Part shown: positions 45,996 to 57,039 of the stretch, one piece after another | Layout of the letters: each line of letters opens with the position of its first letter | How positions within the stretch are numbered: the stretch's first letter is position 1 | Origin: Malacoraja senta | Lineage: Eukaryota | Assembly (NCBI GenBank): GCA_038087875.1 | Contig: JAXLNO010000107.1 | Span: 1-64,000, forward strand | Direction of reading: 5' to 3' | Length of the DNA: 64,000 bases | Translations under genes and position numbers: made by a program | The notes under the pieces: generated by a model | What the model was told of the DNA's origin: nothing | The model's database searches: none | Seen by the model: only the letters and a program-made list of their open reading frames with translations

Positions 45996-48289
45996 TATAA
46001 TCATGTTTAAATTTAGCATGCATGTTCAAAATGAAGCCCACATTGTAGCTCCTATGATATATGAAAAAATGTTCCTTTGATCCTTGGTCATACAGACTCT
46101 GTTTTAAATTGCTAATGGGTGTGTATTGGTACAGTTCACATAATTATGAACAAGCTAATTGTAATGTTCAGAAGACATGTGATTTAAATAATCCACCAGG
46201 CAGAAATTGTTGTCCGGATGTAATGGTGTGAATATTTAGCAAACTTCAAACTTACTGAATTGTTGAAAGAAGCATTTGTTTTATTTTGCTTTAGCAATTT
46301 CTGTTTGGTCTAGTCATCAGTTTTCAAAGAGCAGTACAAGGGCAATTTGCAGGCTATGATCTTCTCAACAACAGAAGCATGTTGAAGAAATGCATAGAGG
46401 CTTGCATAAAATGTTTAAACTGATGTTTTGCACAAGGATGTTTAACAACACTGAAAATGTGTGTACCAACATTTTTTGGTGGTTAACATTTATCAATGTC
46501 AATTCGCAGTAAGAATTTTACTGCAAATTGATTATATTGAGAACCTTCTGACATTGAGACAAAGGATTTTATACTTTCCTAATCACTGTTTATCAACTTG
46601 AGAAAAAATTCTGCAAACACACATTTTGACAAAGATGCCCTACAGTCCCTCTGAGGTGATGGAGTCAACAGTTTGTGAGAGATCATGTACTGTGGTTGAT
46701 GCTGTTCCTTGCATTTTGTTTTAGTTGCTTAGCAATGAAAAGTCCATTATCTTCTTGATGGATGGAATTCACATTGCAATTGGAAGAGCAACCTTTCAGA
46801 CAATGGGGATCGGGAGAAGTGGTTGAGGAGGAGTATGGTGATTAGTTTCACTTTTCTGGAATATGATTGTGCTTACAGAATTTGAGAGGGCCTGCCCTAA
46901 TCTGCTATGCTCTTAGAGCTAGAAAATGAAGTGGTAAATTTGAGACTCAAGCATCTAACTGAAATTCTGGAAATTCAAAATTTCAGCTCCCTGTTTAGTT
47001 GCATGTTGCTTCTTTGATGATTACCAGGCAGTGATGGTGACGAGCCAAGTGGTTTGCGATGTTGAAAGAACCATGAGTGCTGATGTCTGAATCACTGTTG
47101 AGTTTTGAGAAGTTCCTTTCAGCAAGCACTAACTACTTGTCAATGATAAGTTCACTCTTTTGGGGTGAGCTTTGGATGTTTGAACTGTAGATAGCTTCAA
47201 CAGCATTGACAAATCCATGTCATGGTGGTCAGTAAATTATTGAGTTTCTTTTATCCTTTCTAACTATCATCTGCTTTCATTCAGAGGTTTTTGTTTTTAA
47301 CAACCTACTGGTGCCTGTAAACATGGTGAAGCTTCTAGTCCAAGAACGCCTTGCATTTGCAATTAATTAATTCTTGGATCTCTTGATTATTCTCCTCAAC
47401 CTACTTCTAGTATTTTCATGAGAGAGAACCCAAGAATTTCTCCTCAAATGACAGTGATGATGCAGTTGAAGCTGGTCTGGACACTACACTTTTCAACTCC
47501 TGTTGCTTTGGAGCCATCAATTTGCCAGAAGGTGCTATCTGAGAAGAGCCATCTGTGCAGAGTCCTTTATCTTTAACACTCAGTTAACAAACAGGTCTGC
47601 AAATTCAATTTCTATGCAAATGTTGTCCAGGAGCATAAAACCCCCTGTGCCTCCCTCAATCTTGCACCTCATTATCAATGAACGTCTGGCTGGAGTGGAA
47701 CTAATCTGCAAGACAAATAGAACACTTCCACCTCCACTCGGGAAAGAAGTTCACACAGTCTGGTCATAGATCTGCAGTATACAGATAATACTTGCCTATT
47801 TGTATATTGAGGCTGTGCTTTAGGTCATCATCACTCTTTCACTGGAACAAGGGAGAGATTGGGCATTGCATGTCCACAAAAGTTCTCTCCAACTTGCCCC
47901 CACTGTACAATACAGCTCCCCTAGAAATAAAAGGGCACAATAAGAATGTAGAAAATGTGGACAACTTTCCCATATCTCAGGAGAAATCTTTTGGTAGAGG
48001 TAGAAATCAATTTTGTAATACTCCATGGACTTCTGTATGCTGACACAGTCTTTGGCTGTGTCTGTGTTTCACAAGAAATCAAACCCGACATAAAGCTCGT
48101 GACTTGTCAGTCAACAGTGATCGTTGTTTCTGAGATATGATCTACTTCAAGGCACTGGAAAGATGCCTCCAATCATATTCCTGCAAAAATTCTGCAAATT
48201 TACAATCAGGATAAATAAATCAACATTAATGTAGTCAATTAATGCCATTGAAAGATGTTCTCAGAGCCTTTTTGAGAAAAATGTAACAT

Positions 48290-48830
48290 TCTTCTCCCAC
48301 CTCCCAAACGACCCAGATGCAGCAGAATTCATGAGAATGCAAGGACTAGGCACATGCCTTTCCACCAAACCACCAGCTCCCCAGGTACTTTTCCCTGCAA
48401 CTGCAGGAGATGTAACACCAGTCCCTATAAACCCCCCTCTTCTCCATCCAGGAACCCCAGCAGACCTTCCAAGTGAGGCAGAGGTTCATCTCTAACCTCA
48501 TCTACTGCATTCTGGAAGAACAGCACTTCTTATTTCACTTGGGGAGCTTACAACCAAATGGTATGAACATTGAATTCTCCAATTTTAGGTGAACAACAGC
48601 CCTTCCCCCCTCCCCTGTTTTACCCCCAGTCTTCCCTATGCCCCACTTGGATATGTATCCATTTCTCCCTTCCCCTTTTCCCTCCACCCCCTTCCACCTA
48701 TATTCCTTCCTCTTGCATAACATTTCACGTCTCTTCAACCCATGCCTCCTTAACTCTCATATTTTGTCTTTTCATCTCTGGCTTTTGTCTAACCATCTGC
48801 CAATCAAATCCTCCATCTGTAGCCATCTAT
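48290..48830 (+). mobile_element. Old Penelope 3' fragment, host of the younger insertions (continues at 53426-53610)
   Basis: Degenerate versions of ggtacttttccctgcaac, gtgaggcagaggttca and atgaacattgaattctcc; its own hammerhead-like motif lies at 53502-53533. Confidence 0.65.
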
Positions 48831-48835
48831 CATTT

Positions 48836-48956
48836 CCTTTCTTCTCCCCACCCCCTATCAGTCTGAGGAAGGGTTTCGGCCCGAAACGTTACCTATTTCC
48901 TTCGCTCCATAGATGCTGCTGCACCCGCTGAGTTTCTCCAGCATTTTTGTGTACCT
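48836..48956 (+). mobile_element. Short pLTR-only Penelope copy
   Basis: Nearly identical to the last about 120 bp of the pLTR. TSD gccatctatcattt (48822-48835, 48957-48970). Confidence 0.85.
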
Positions 48957-49249
48957 GCCATCTATCATTTGCCACTCTCACTCCCCCTCCCATTCCGTAT
49001 CTGACCTCTCTGTCCTCGGTCTCCTCCATGGCCACAGCGAGCAACACCGTAAATTGGAGGAAATGCACCTCATATTCCGCTTGGGCAGTCTACATCCTGG
49101 GGGCTTGAACATTGAATTCTCCCAATTCTGCTAGCCCTTGCTGTCCCCTCCCCTTCATCAGCCATCTGGTTGTCTCCTCCCCTCCCCCAGCCCTCGGGCT
49201 CCTCCTCTGCCTTTTTCCTTTTTTCCTTTCTTCTCCCCACCCCCTATCA

Positions 49250-49281
49250 GTCTGAAGAAGGGTTTCGGCCCGAAACGTTAC
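49250..49281 (+). ncRNA. Minimal type I hammerhead-ribozyme-like motif in the 5' pLTR
   Basis: CUGAAGA, then stem II GGGU-UUCG-GCCC, then GAAAC-GUU. Stem III is the palindrome AACGUU; stem I is only 2 bp. Confidence 0.6.
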
Positions 49282-49414
49282 CTATTTCCTTCGCTCCATA
49301 GATGCTGCTGCACCCGCTGAGTTTCTCCAGCATTTTTGTGTACCTTCGATTTTCCAGCATCTGCAGTTCCTTCTTTAACACTTTGTCTACTCCACTGCGA
49401 AATCTCGTCAAGGT

Positions 49415-50792
49415 ATGCCTACTTTGAAGAAGTTCTCCTCCTCTCTCCGGAGACTGTTCCACAACCAACTCTCTAACCGCCCCATCTCTGTGATCCCCCC
49501 CTGCCCTCCAACTCTACGACCACATCCTTACCCAAACTCGATACCGCAGCCACATTTGCTTCCTCGGGGCATGCCTGCGCCTCCATCTCATACCTCATGG
49601 CTTCCAGCTCCAGTTCCCTACCTCCCAGTTCGAACCGCAGCCGGACTATCGGTACCGACTGGCTATCAACCGGCATACCCAACAATTCTCCACCCGGGCA
49701 CTGAGATCCACTCTGACTGCGATGCGCCGGCACCAGCAGGACCTCGCATTGACCCTCCCGGAACTTCGGGCCTCACTCACCCAGACCTGCAACGGTCCTC
49801 AACTATACTTTATCCGCCGGAAGATCCACCTCTTCAATAAAAGATTCCTGGCCCACCTCAACTCCACCAAGGACCTTAAATTAGCCCGCCACCAGGCCGC
49901 TCCCGCCGCCGACTCTCCGCGACTCGACCGACCGCAGGCTCCGGGCCCCAACTCCGGCCTACATCGCCTGCCCGAGACCCGCGACGCCATCTTGTCCACG
50001 GGGAGCGCCTCCAGTACTCACCAGGACGCCATCTTGTCCACGGGGAGCGCCTCCAGTACTCACCAGGACGCCGCCTTCACCGACGTCCACGTCGATGCTG
50101 CCGCCGACCTTCACCTGCCTACCGATGACGCCCAGCCTCGCCGCTTCTATGGTAACTCGGACTTCCTTCCCCTCGCCGATTCCTCCGAATCTCGCCGCCC
50201 CCCGGGACCTCCCAACATCATCGCCGCACCGGGCCCATCCGACATCGCCGTCGCACTGGGCCCGCCGAACATCACAGCCGCACCCGGTCCTCCTAACATC
50301 GCCGCCGGACCGGGCCCATCCAGCATCGCCGCCGGACTGGACCTACTCTACACGACCGCCGGACCGGGGCTCCCCGAACATGGCCGCCGCACCGCACCCT
50401 ACTCACCCCGTCGCCTCACCGGGCTGGTCGAACCGTGCCGCCCCACCGTCCATCCGCTACCGGGACCTCCCAAGCATCGCCCGTGGACCCCGACTCTACT
50501 GCCCACGGACCCCGACCATCGAGTTCGCCGACCCTCGCCACTGCAACGCCCACCGACCCCGACTCCACTGCCCACGGACCCCGACAATCGGGTCCGCCGA
50601 CCCTCGCCACCACACAGCCCCCCAGCCCCCCCGACCCCGACTCGACTGCCCGAGGACCCCTACCGTCGGGTCCGCCGACCCTCGCCACCACACCGCCCAC
50701 CAGCAGCCCGCAGCCGTCGCCTCACCTGCAGACTGGACTCTGTACTGGGCCTGAAGCCTCCACGCTGCTCACTCCCACTCTCCGGGGTTTGA
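49415..50792 (+). pseudogene. Penelope N-terminal region in shifted frames
   Basis: The frame of ORF 49722-50792 is open upstream to 49494 and encodes HICFLGACLRLHLIPHGF, a PLE N-terminal HxxFLxxC...IPxG motif. It can be joined to the ATG at 49415 by a 1-nt shift in the C7 run at 49495-49501. Confidence 0.6.
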
Positions 50793-53203
50793 CTCCACTG
50801 GGTCCTAGCGCTAGTCTGCCTAGCCCTGGTTATCTCAATGTTAGTTCCACTGATTCTTCCCCATTCCTCACCAACTATGGGACCACTTCTCTTCCACACC
50901 CACACTACAGCCCTCTCACCCCCCCACCCCCTGAACACCCACCACCCCCCCACCACACATCGCCTCGTCCCCATTCCACCCACCTACCTTCCTCCGGCCC
51001 CAACCCCCATCCCTGCCGGGTGTTCACCATCCCCCCCGACCTCCCCCTCTCCGACATCGAACGGTCTGTCCTCAGCAGAGGTCTTACCTTTGTCCCCCTC
51101 CGTCCCCATCTCAATGAGTTCCGTGCCCTCCATGACTTGGAACGCTTCTACCGTCGCCTCCGCCTCACAGCTCACTTCCATGGGAAGGAGTCCTCGCTCC
51201 CCACTGATGACCCCTTTTCCCGTCTCCAACGCACCCCCTCCTCATGGAATCCCCCTCATAACCTTCCGGCTTTAGAACTCTTTATTCAAAACTGCCGCCG
51301 TGACATCAACCGCCTCAACTTCTCCACTCCCCTGTCTCACTCCAATCTCTCCCCCCCTGAACGCACTGCCATCGACTCACTCTGCAACAACCTAGATTGG
51401 GTTATCAAACCCGCCGACAAGGGAGGTGCCGTGGTAGTCTGGCGCGTCGATCTCTACAAAGCTGAGGCCACGCGCCAACTCTCGGACACCTCCTCCTACT
51501 TACCCCTGGACCATGACCCCACTGACGAGCACCAGGCCACCATCTCCAGCACCATCACCGACTTCATCCACTCCCACGCCCTGCCCGACCGAGCCTCCAA
51601 CCTCATCGTTCCCCAGCCCCGCACAACCCGCTTTTACCTTCTCCCCAAAATCCACAAACCTGACTGTCCCGGTAGACCCATTGTCTCTGCCTGTTCGTGC
51701 CCCACCGAACTCATCTCCACCTACCTCGACTCCATCCTATCCCCCTTGGTTAAATCCCTCCCTACCTATGTTCAAGACACCTCAGACACTCTCCGTCATC
51801 TCCGCGCATTCCACTCTCTAGGCCCTCACCCCCTCATCTTCACCATGGACGTCCAGTCATTGTACACCTCCATCCCCCACCAGGATGGTCTCGAAGCCCT
51901 CCGTTTTTTCCTCGACCGTAGAAGCAATCTATACCCGGCCACTGACACCCTCCTCCGCCTAGCGGAGCTGGTCCTTACACTTAATAACTTTTCATTTGAC
52001 TCCTCCCATTTCCTCCAAATACAAGGCGTAGCTATGGGCACACGCATGGGCCCCAGCTACGCCTGCCTCTTTGTCGGGTACGTAGAACAATCCTTGTTCA
52101 ATGCGTACCAGGGCCCCATCCCCGACCTCTACCTCCGCTACATCGATGATTGTTTTGGTGCCACATCCTGCACCCACACACAACTGACTGACTTCATCCG
52201 CTTCACCACCAACTTCCATCCGGCACTCAAATACACCTGGACCATTTCCGACACTTCCCTACCATTCCTTGACCTCACTATCTCCATCGCAGGTGATAGA
52301 CTCCTTACCGACATCCACTGCAAACCTACCGACTCCCATGGCTATCTGGACTACACTTCTTCCCACCCTGCTTCCTGTAAGGACTCCATCCCCCACTCCC
52401 AATTCATCCGTCTACGCCGCATCTGCTCCCAGGATGAGGCGTTCCACACCAGGGCATCTGAAATGTCCTCATTCTTCAGGGAACGGGGGTTCCCCTCCTC
52501 CACCATAGATGAGGCTCGCACCAGGGTCTCTGCCATACCCCGCAACACTGCTCTCTCTCCCCATCCCCCCACTCACAACAAGGGCAGAGTCCCCCTAGTC
52601 CTCACCTTTCACCCCACCAGCCGTCACATACAACAAGTGATCCTCCGTCAGTTTCGCCACCTCCAACGTGACCCCACCACTCGCCACATCTTCCCATCTC
52701 CCCCCATGTCTGCCTTCCGCAAAGACCGCTCCCTCCGTAACTCCCTTGTCAATTCTTCCCTTCCCTCCCATACCACCCCCTCCCCTGGTACTTTCCCTTG
52801 CAACCGCAAGAGATGCAACACTTGTCCCTTCACCTCCCCCCTCTACTCCATTCAGGGACCCAAGCAGTCGTTCCAGGTGCGACAGAGGTTCACCTGCATT
52901 TCCTCCAACCTCATCTATTGCATCCGCTGCTCTAGATGCCAGCTGATCTACATCGGTGAGACCAAGCGGAGGCTTGGCGATCGTTTCGCCGAACACCTCC
53001 GGTCGGTCCGCAATAACCAACCTGACCTCCCGGTGGCTCAGCACTTCAACTCCCCCTCCCATTCCGTATCTGACCTCTCTGTCCTGGGTCTCCTCCATGG
53101 CCACAGCGAGCAACACCGTAAATTGGAGGAAATGCACCTCATATTCCGCTTGGGCAGTCTACATCCTGGGGGCTTGAACATTGAATTCTCCCAATTCTGC
53201 TAG
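50435..53203 (+). CDS. Penelope RT and GIY-YIG endonuclease (uninterrupted frame; true start lies upstream)
   Basis: KPADKGGAVVVW, FYLLPKIHKP, GRPIVS, MDVQSLYTSIP, GVAMGTRMGP, YLRYIDD, the CNRKRCNTC linker, and NLIYCIRC..C..IYIGET.R.L..RF.EH. Confidence 0.92.
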   Translation: MPPHRPSATGTSQASPVDPDSTAHGPRPSSSPTLATATPTDPDSTAHGPRQSGPPTLATTQPPSPPDPDSTARGPLPSGPPTLATTPPTSSPQPSPHLQTGLCTGPEASTLLTPTLRGLTPLGPSASLPSPGYLNVSSTDSSPFLTNYGTTSLPHPHYSPLTPPPPEHPPPPHHTSPRPHSTHLPSSGPNPHPCRVFTIPPDLPLSDIERSVLSRGLTFVPLRPHLNEFRALHDLERFYRRLRLTAHFHGKESSLPTDDPFSRLQRTPSSWNPPHNLPALELFIQNCRRDINRLNFSTPLSHSNLSPPERTAIDSLCNNLDWVIKPADKGGAVVVWRVDLYKAEATRQLSDTSSYLPLDHDPTDEHQATISSTITDFIHSHALPDRASNLIVPQPRTTRFYLLPKIHKPDCPGRPIVSACSCPTELISTYLDSILSPLVKSLPTYVQDTSDTLRHLRAFHSLGPHPLIFTMDVQSLYTSIPHQDGLEALRFFLDRRSNLYPATDTLLRLAELVLTLNNFSFDSSHFLQIQGVAMGTRMGPSYACLFVGYVEQSLFNAYQGPIPDLYLRYIDDCFGATSCTHTQLTDFIRFTTNFHPALKYTWTISDTSLPFLDLTISIAGDRLLTDIHCKPTDSHGYLDYTSSHPASCKDSIPHSQFIRLRRICSQDEAFHTRASEMSSFFRERGFPSSTIDEARTRVSAIPRNTALSPHPPTHNKGRVPLVLTFHPTSRHIQQVILRQFRHLQRDPTTRHIFPSPPMSAFRKDRSLRNSLVNSSLPSHTTPSPGTFPCNRKRCNTCPFTSPLYSIQGPKQSFQVRQRFTCISSNLIYCIRCSRCQLIYIGETKRRLGDRFAEHLRSVRNNQPDLPVAQHFNSPSHSVSDLSVLGLLHGHSEQHRKLEEMHLIFRLGSLHPGGLNIEFSQFC

Positions 53204-53318
53204 CCCTTGCTGTCCCCTCCCCTTCATCAGCCATCTGGTTGTCTCCTCCCCTCCCCCAGCCCTCGGGCTCCTCCTCCGCCTTTTTCCTTTTTTCCTTTCT
53301 TCTCCCCACCCCCTATCA

Positions 53319-53350
53319 GTCTGAAGAAGGGTTTCGGCCCGAAACGTTAC
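53319..53350 (+). ncRNA. Minimal type I hammerhead-ribozyme-like motif in the 3' pLTR
   Basis: Identical to 49250-49281. Confidence 0.6.
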
Positions 53351-53784
53351 CTATTTCCTTCGCTCCATAGATGCTGCTGCACCCGCTGAGTTTCTCCAGC
53401 ATTTTTGTGTACCTATCATTTGCCAGGCGTTGTCTCTCTCTCCCCCCCCCCCCCTCCCCATCCCCACCTCTCTTACAGTTTTCACCCTTCCATTACAATC
53501 AGTCTGAAGAAGGGTCCTGACCAAAACGTCACCTATTCATATTCTTCAGAGATGCCGCCTGACCTGCTGAGTTTGCTTCTTTTTTGGCAAACCAATATCT
53601 GCAGTTCATTGTGTCTATTACCTGCAGTTCTTTTTTTGTTACTCTAATTATTTTACAATCCTTGCTCTCTGAAGTGAAATAGCAATATACCCCAAATACT
53701 GCAGATGACTGATACCTGAGTAAAGGTAGACTGAAATATTATCAGGCAAAATGAAAAGTGACATCAACTGTTAAGATCAAATTA

Positions 53785-53912
53785 GTCTGAAGAAGGGTCT
53801 AAATCCAAAACGTCACCCATTCCTTCTCTCCAGATATGCTGCCTGTTCCACTGAGTTACAGCAGCATTTTGTGTCTATCTTCGATTTAAACCAGCATCTG
53901 CAGTTCTTTCCT
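53785..53912 (+). mobile_element. Short Penelope-derived hammerhead-motif element including the downstream ccagcatctgcagttc tail
   Basis: Same family as 5626-5722; core degenerate. Confidence 0.65.
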
Positions 53913-54416
53913 GCACAAGATCAAATCAGAGATTGAACTGCAAGCGTATTGTGTTACTCAAATGATCCCATATGAAACCAGCAGCATAGTGCCTTCAACA
54001 TAGGCAGTGCCAAACAGCACTAAATAAAAGATCAAATACAAATCAAGCTCATGTCAAAGGAGGAAATATTAGGTGTGGTTGGAAGCTTTTCAAAGTGATA
54101 GGCTTTCAGCAGGTCCATAAAGTAGTGAGGGAGGTGAAAACTTTATGGTAGTGTGAGATGGTCTGAACATAACGAGTAGAACTTGGAATGCAGAGGCAAG
54201 ACAGTTGCATATATATATTACTTGGTTTAAAAGAATTAGTTTACTGTATTTTTTACACCTTAAAATTTTACATCTTGAAATTTAAAATGTGTTGAGTATA
54301 GACAAAGCGTAATGTTATCAAGTGCGCTTCAGATTGTACAGACTTGAATGACTGTAAATGAGATGTGTTTAAATGCAAGTGATTAAAGTTTTTTATTTTT
54401 TATTTAAACCATGCAG

Positions 54417-54585
54417 GTGGTTTTGGAATGTGCCTTGAAAAAGGATCTAGTTTACAACAAAGTTAACCCAATATTTCACCACTGGAAGATAAATGAAAAA
54501 AAGTTTGGACTTACCTTTCAGAGTCCTGCTGATGCTAGAGCATTTGACCGTGGTATTCGCCGAGCTACTGAAGCCATCTCCGAAG
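54417..54585 (+). CDS. SPRED1: SPRED1 coding exon (EVH1 domain, C-terminal part; equivalent to exon 3)
   Basis: atgcag acceptor and gtagag donor. The 169-nt exon is in phase with the previous exon and encodes [56 protein letters not shown]. Confidence 0.95.
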
Positions 54586-56989
54586 GTAGAGGATCTTAAA
54601 TTTTATTCACGGGAGTACTTCCAGCATTTACCTTGAATTACATTAAATATCTCAGCAGAGAAATGCTGAAAAGCCCAAATCTACTTTGCATCGTTCAAAC
54701 ACTATATAAAGGAGATGGGGAAGGAACTCGAATGAATGTTTTCTTTTAAACTATTTTCTTCCAATTCTACAGAGCAGCAATGGAATCTGAAATGCAGAAA
54801 TGATGGATCTTTCATGCCTTTTAATGGTATTGCATTTTCAGTATGAATTGAAGGGAAGAGCAAAAATAGAAGAGATTTGTTTTCTGAAGTATCATGACAT
54901 TTAGGACACTGCACATCTTGTTCATGTTTGCAAAAACTGATTCTAAAAATTAATGATGGCTATTTAAAAAGAATGCAGTAAGAATGTCTACATGTAATTT
55001 AGTTGATGGATTCCCCCGCAAAATAAATTAATTTAATACAGATGGCCATAGATCTGAATCCACATTGGAAGAAACAATTTTATTGACGTTGTAATTTTGT
55101 TACCTGACAAAGCAAATGAAATCTAGAAAATAGAATTGCCATATTGTCCATACTTTGGCAGGTGAAAATGGACAAGTTTGATACATGACAGAGAGTAAAA
55201 TAAATTATTTTTTTAATTATGAAAGCAGTATTAATCCTGAAGACACAAAAATTTTGCAGGTAAAGAAAACCAAATTTTCTGAGTATTAAACGTAGGCTGA
55301 ATGTTTTAAATTGCAGCAGCTAGAGAGGTCTGGTTAGAGAATTAGGGCATAGTATAGGAAAGGAAAACTGCTGAAATCTTGTAGAGAGTGAATAGAAAAA
55401 TGATGAGAAAGGGTATATTTTATATAAAGAGACTAAGTGTACACCATGAAGCAAAAAGCAAATATTTGGGAAGTATGGGTGCAAACAAGAAATATTGTTA
55501 AATTAACATATACGATAATTTCTGTATCTTTGGTAAAACCATGTAGTTAAACTATATATTGGGTGCAACCTCAAATTTAACATGACAAATGTCTCTCACT
55601 TCAGATTATGAAAAGGGAATGTTGAATTTCCCAACAATTTATTTGAAATAAATTCCAAAAGTAGTGTTATGTAACTTTGTTACGTAACCATGGTCTATAC
55701 ATAAATTAGACCATGGCATCTGAAATAAGTTAAATGGGGATTTTTTTTTAAAAGATTTGTGTCTGGATAAAATGACCCACTAATTCACATTATCCTGGTA
55801 TTTTCTTGCCCTGATTACATGCCTGCAGTTTCACTTTGAATTTGATTTTCGGGTAATAATATCACTGAAAGCCTGAAACCAATACAGTATCCTTGTTAAA
55901 CTAATTATAGAAAATGTTGTCGCAATGTGAGATGAGCTGAGTAGAACCCAAACCTAGAGTGGATACCGTGGTTCTACTCCTGCACATTTCCATGCACTGT
56001 TCAAGTTACACATGTCCATTGGTATTGAGCGAACCACAAAGTGCTAGAGTAACTCAAAAGATCAGGCAGAATCTGTGGAGGGACTAGATAGGCGATGTTT
56101 TGGGTTAGGAGCCCTCTCTATCATATAGAGAATGTACATATGACTCGTTTTCACCAAAATATTTTCATATCCCATTTTGTAACCTGCAGAGTTCAATTTT
56201 AAAGAATGCATAACTGGTGCCAGTACAAAAACAACAACATTACAAACTCTGGCAAAAATAAACTGTTGGAGCAAGTGTAGAGGCAAAGGCTTGATCAATG
56301 TTGACAGTTGAGACCCTGCATCAGGACAGAGTGTAGAGAGAAGATGGCCAATAAAGGGAGAAGTGAGTCAGAGGCTGGTGGGCAATAATCCTTTCAGGCA
56401 GTTTGCAGATTGTGGACAGAAAGGCCTGTTGTATTCCATTAATGCTTTGGATTTTGTGCTCAATCCAAAAGTTCCACAGTCTGGAGTTTGGGGATCCCAG
56501 CATTAAAAGCTCAAGGGACCGAAAGCAGCTTGTTATTTTCAGTCTTATCAATACTGAACTCCTCGAATATGACTGCCTGATCTTATACAAATTCTCCCAT
56601 TTATTTTTAAAGCATTTTTCTACCTAGCAATAATAGTGATAAAATATTTCATGGTATTCATTAATGATTTGATGCAATATATATATAGTTTAATTATGGG
56701 TAGTGTTAGGGTGATTATTTAAATAAATGAAAGAATTATAGCAAGCATATGTAGAGCGATACCATATGGGTTGCTAAAGAAAACGAATGTTAATGACTTG
56801 CAGAAAAATCAGCTTATGGACAATTCTCAGGATCCTGGGCACTGCCTGTATCTAGTATTTTTGCTATTTAACTCAACTAGTATTAAACAGTTGAACAAAT
56901 ATGATCGAGACATTTTTATTGCTGATTTCAAACTTTAAAAAGCGAATAGCGGTGAAGCAAGTTGATGACATTGATTTATTTGTCAGCAG

Positions 56990-57039
56990 GGTGTCAAGAA
57001 TATTTCAATGAAGCAACAGTCTCAGATGACAGCTTTCAA
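56990..57039 (+). CDS. SPRED1: SPRED1 short coding exon (equivalent to exon 4)
   Basis: cagcag acceptor and gtaagt donor at 57040. Phase-1 compatible with the previous exon. Encodes GCQEYFNEATVSDDSFQ, compared with GCPESKNEAEGADDLQ recalled for mammalian SPRED1. Confidence 0.82.

Larger units (their letters stand above)
48975..53414 (+). mobile_element. Full-length Penelope-like element (Neptune type) with direct pseudo-LTRs
   Basis: pLTRs at 48980-49345 and 53049-53414, differing at about 2 positions by eye. 13-bp TSD ctatcatttgcca (48962-48974, 53413-53425). RT plus GIY-YIG ORF. Confidence 0.95.
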
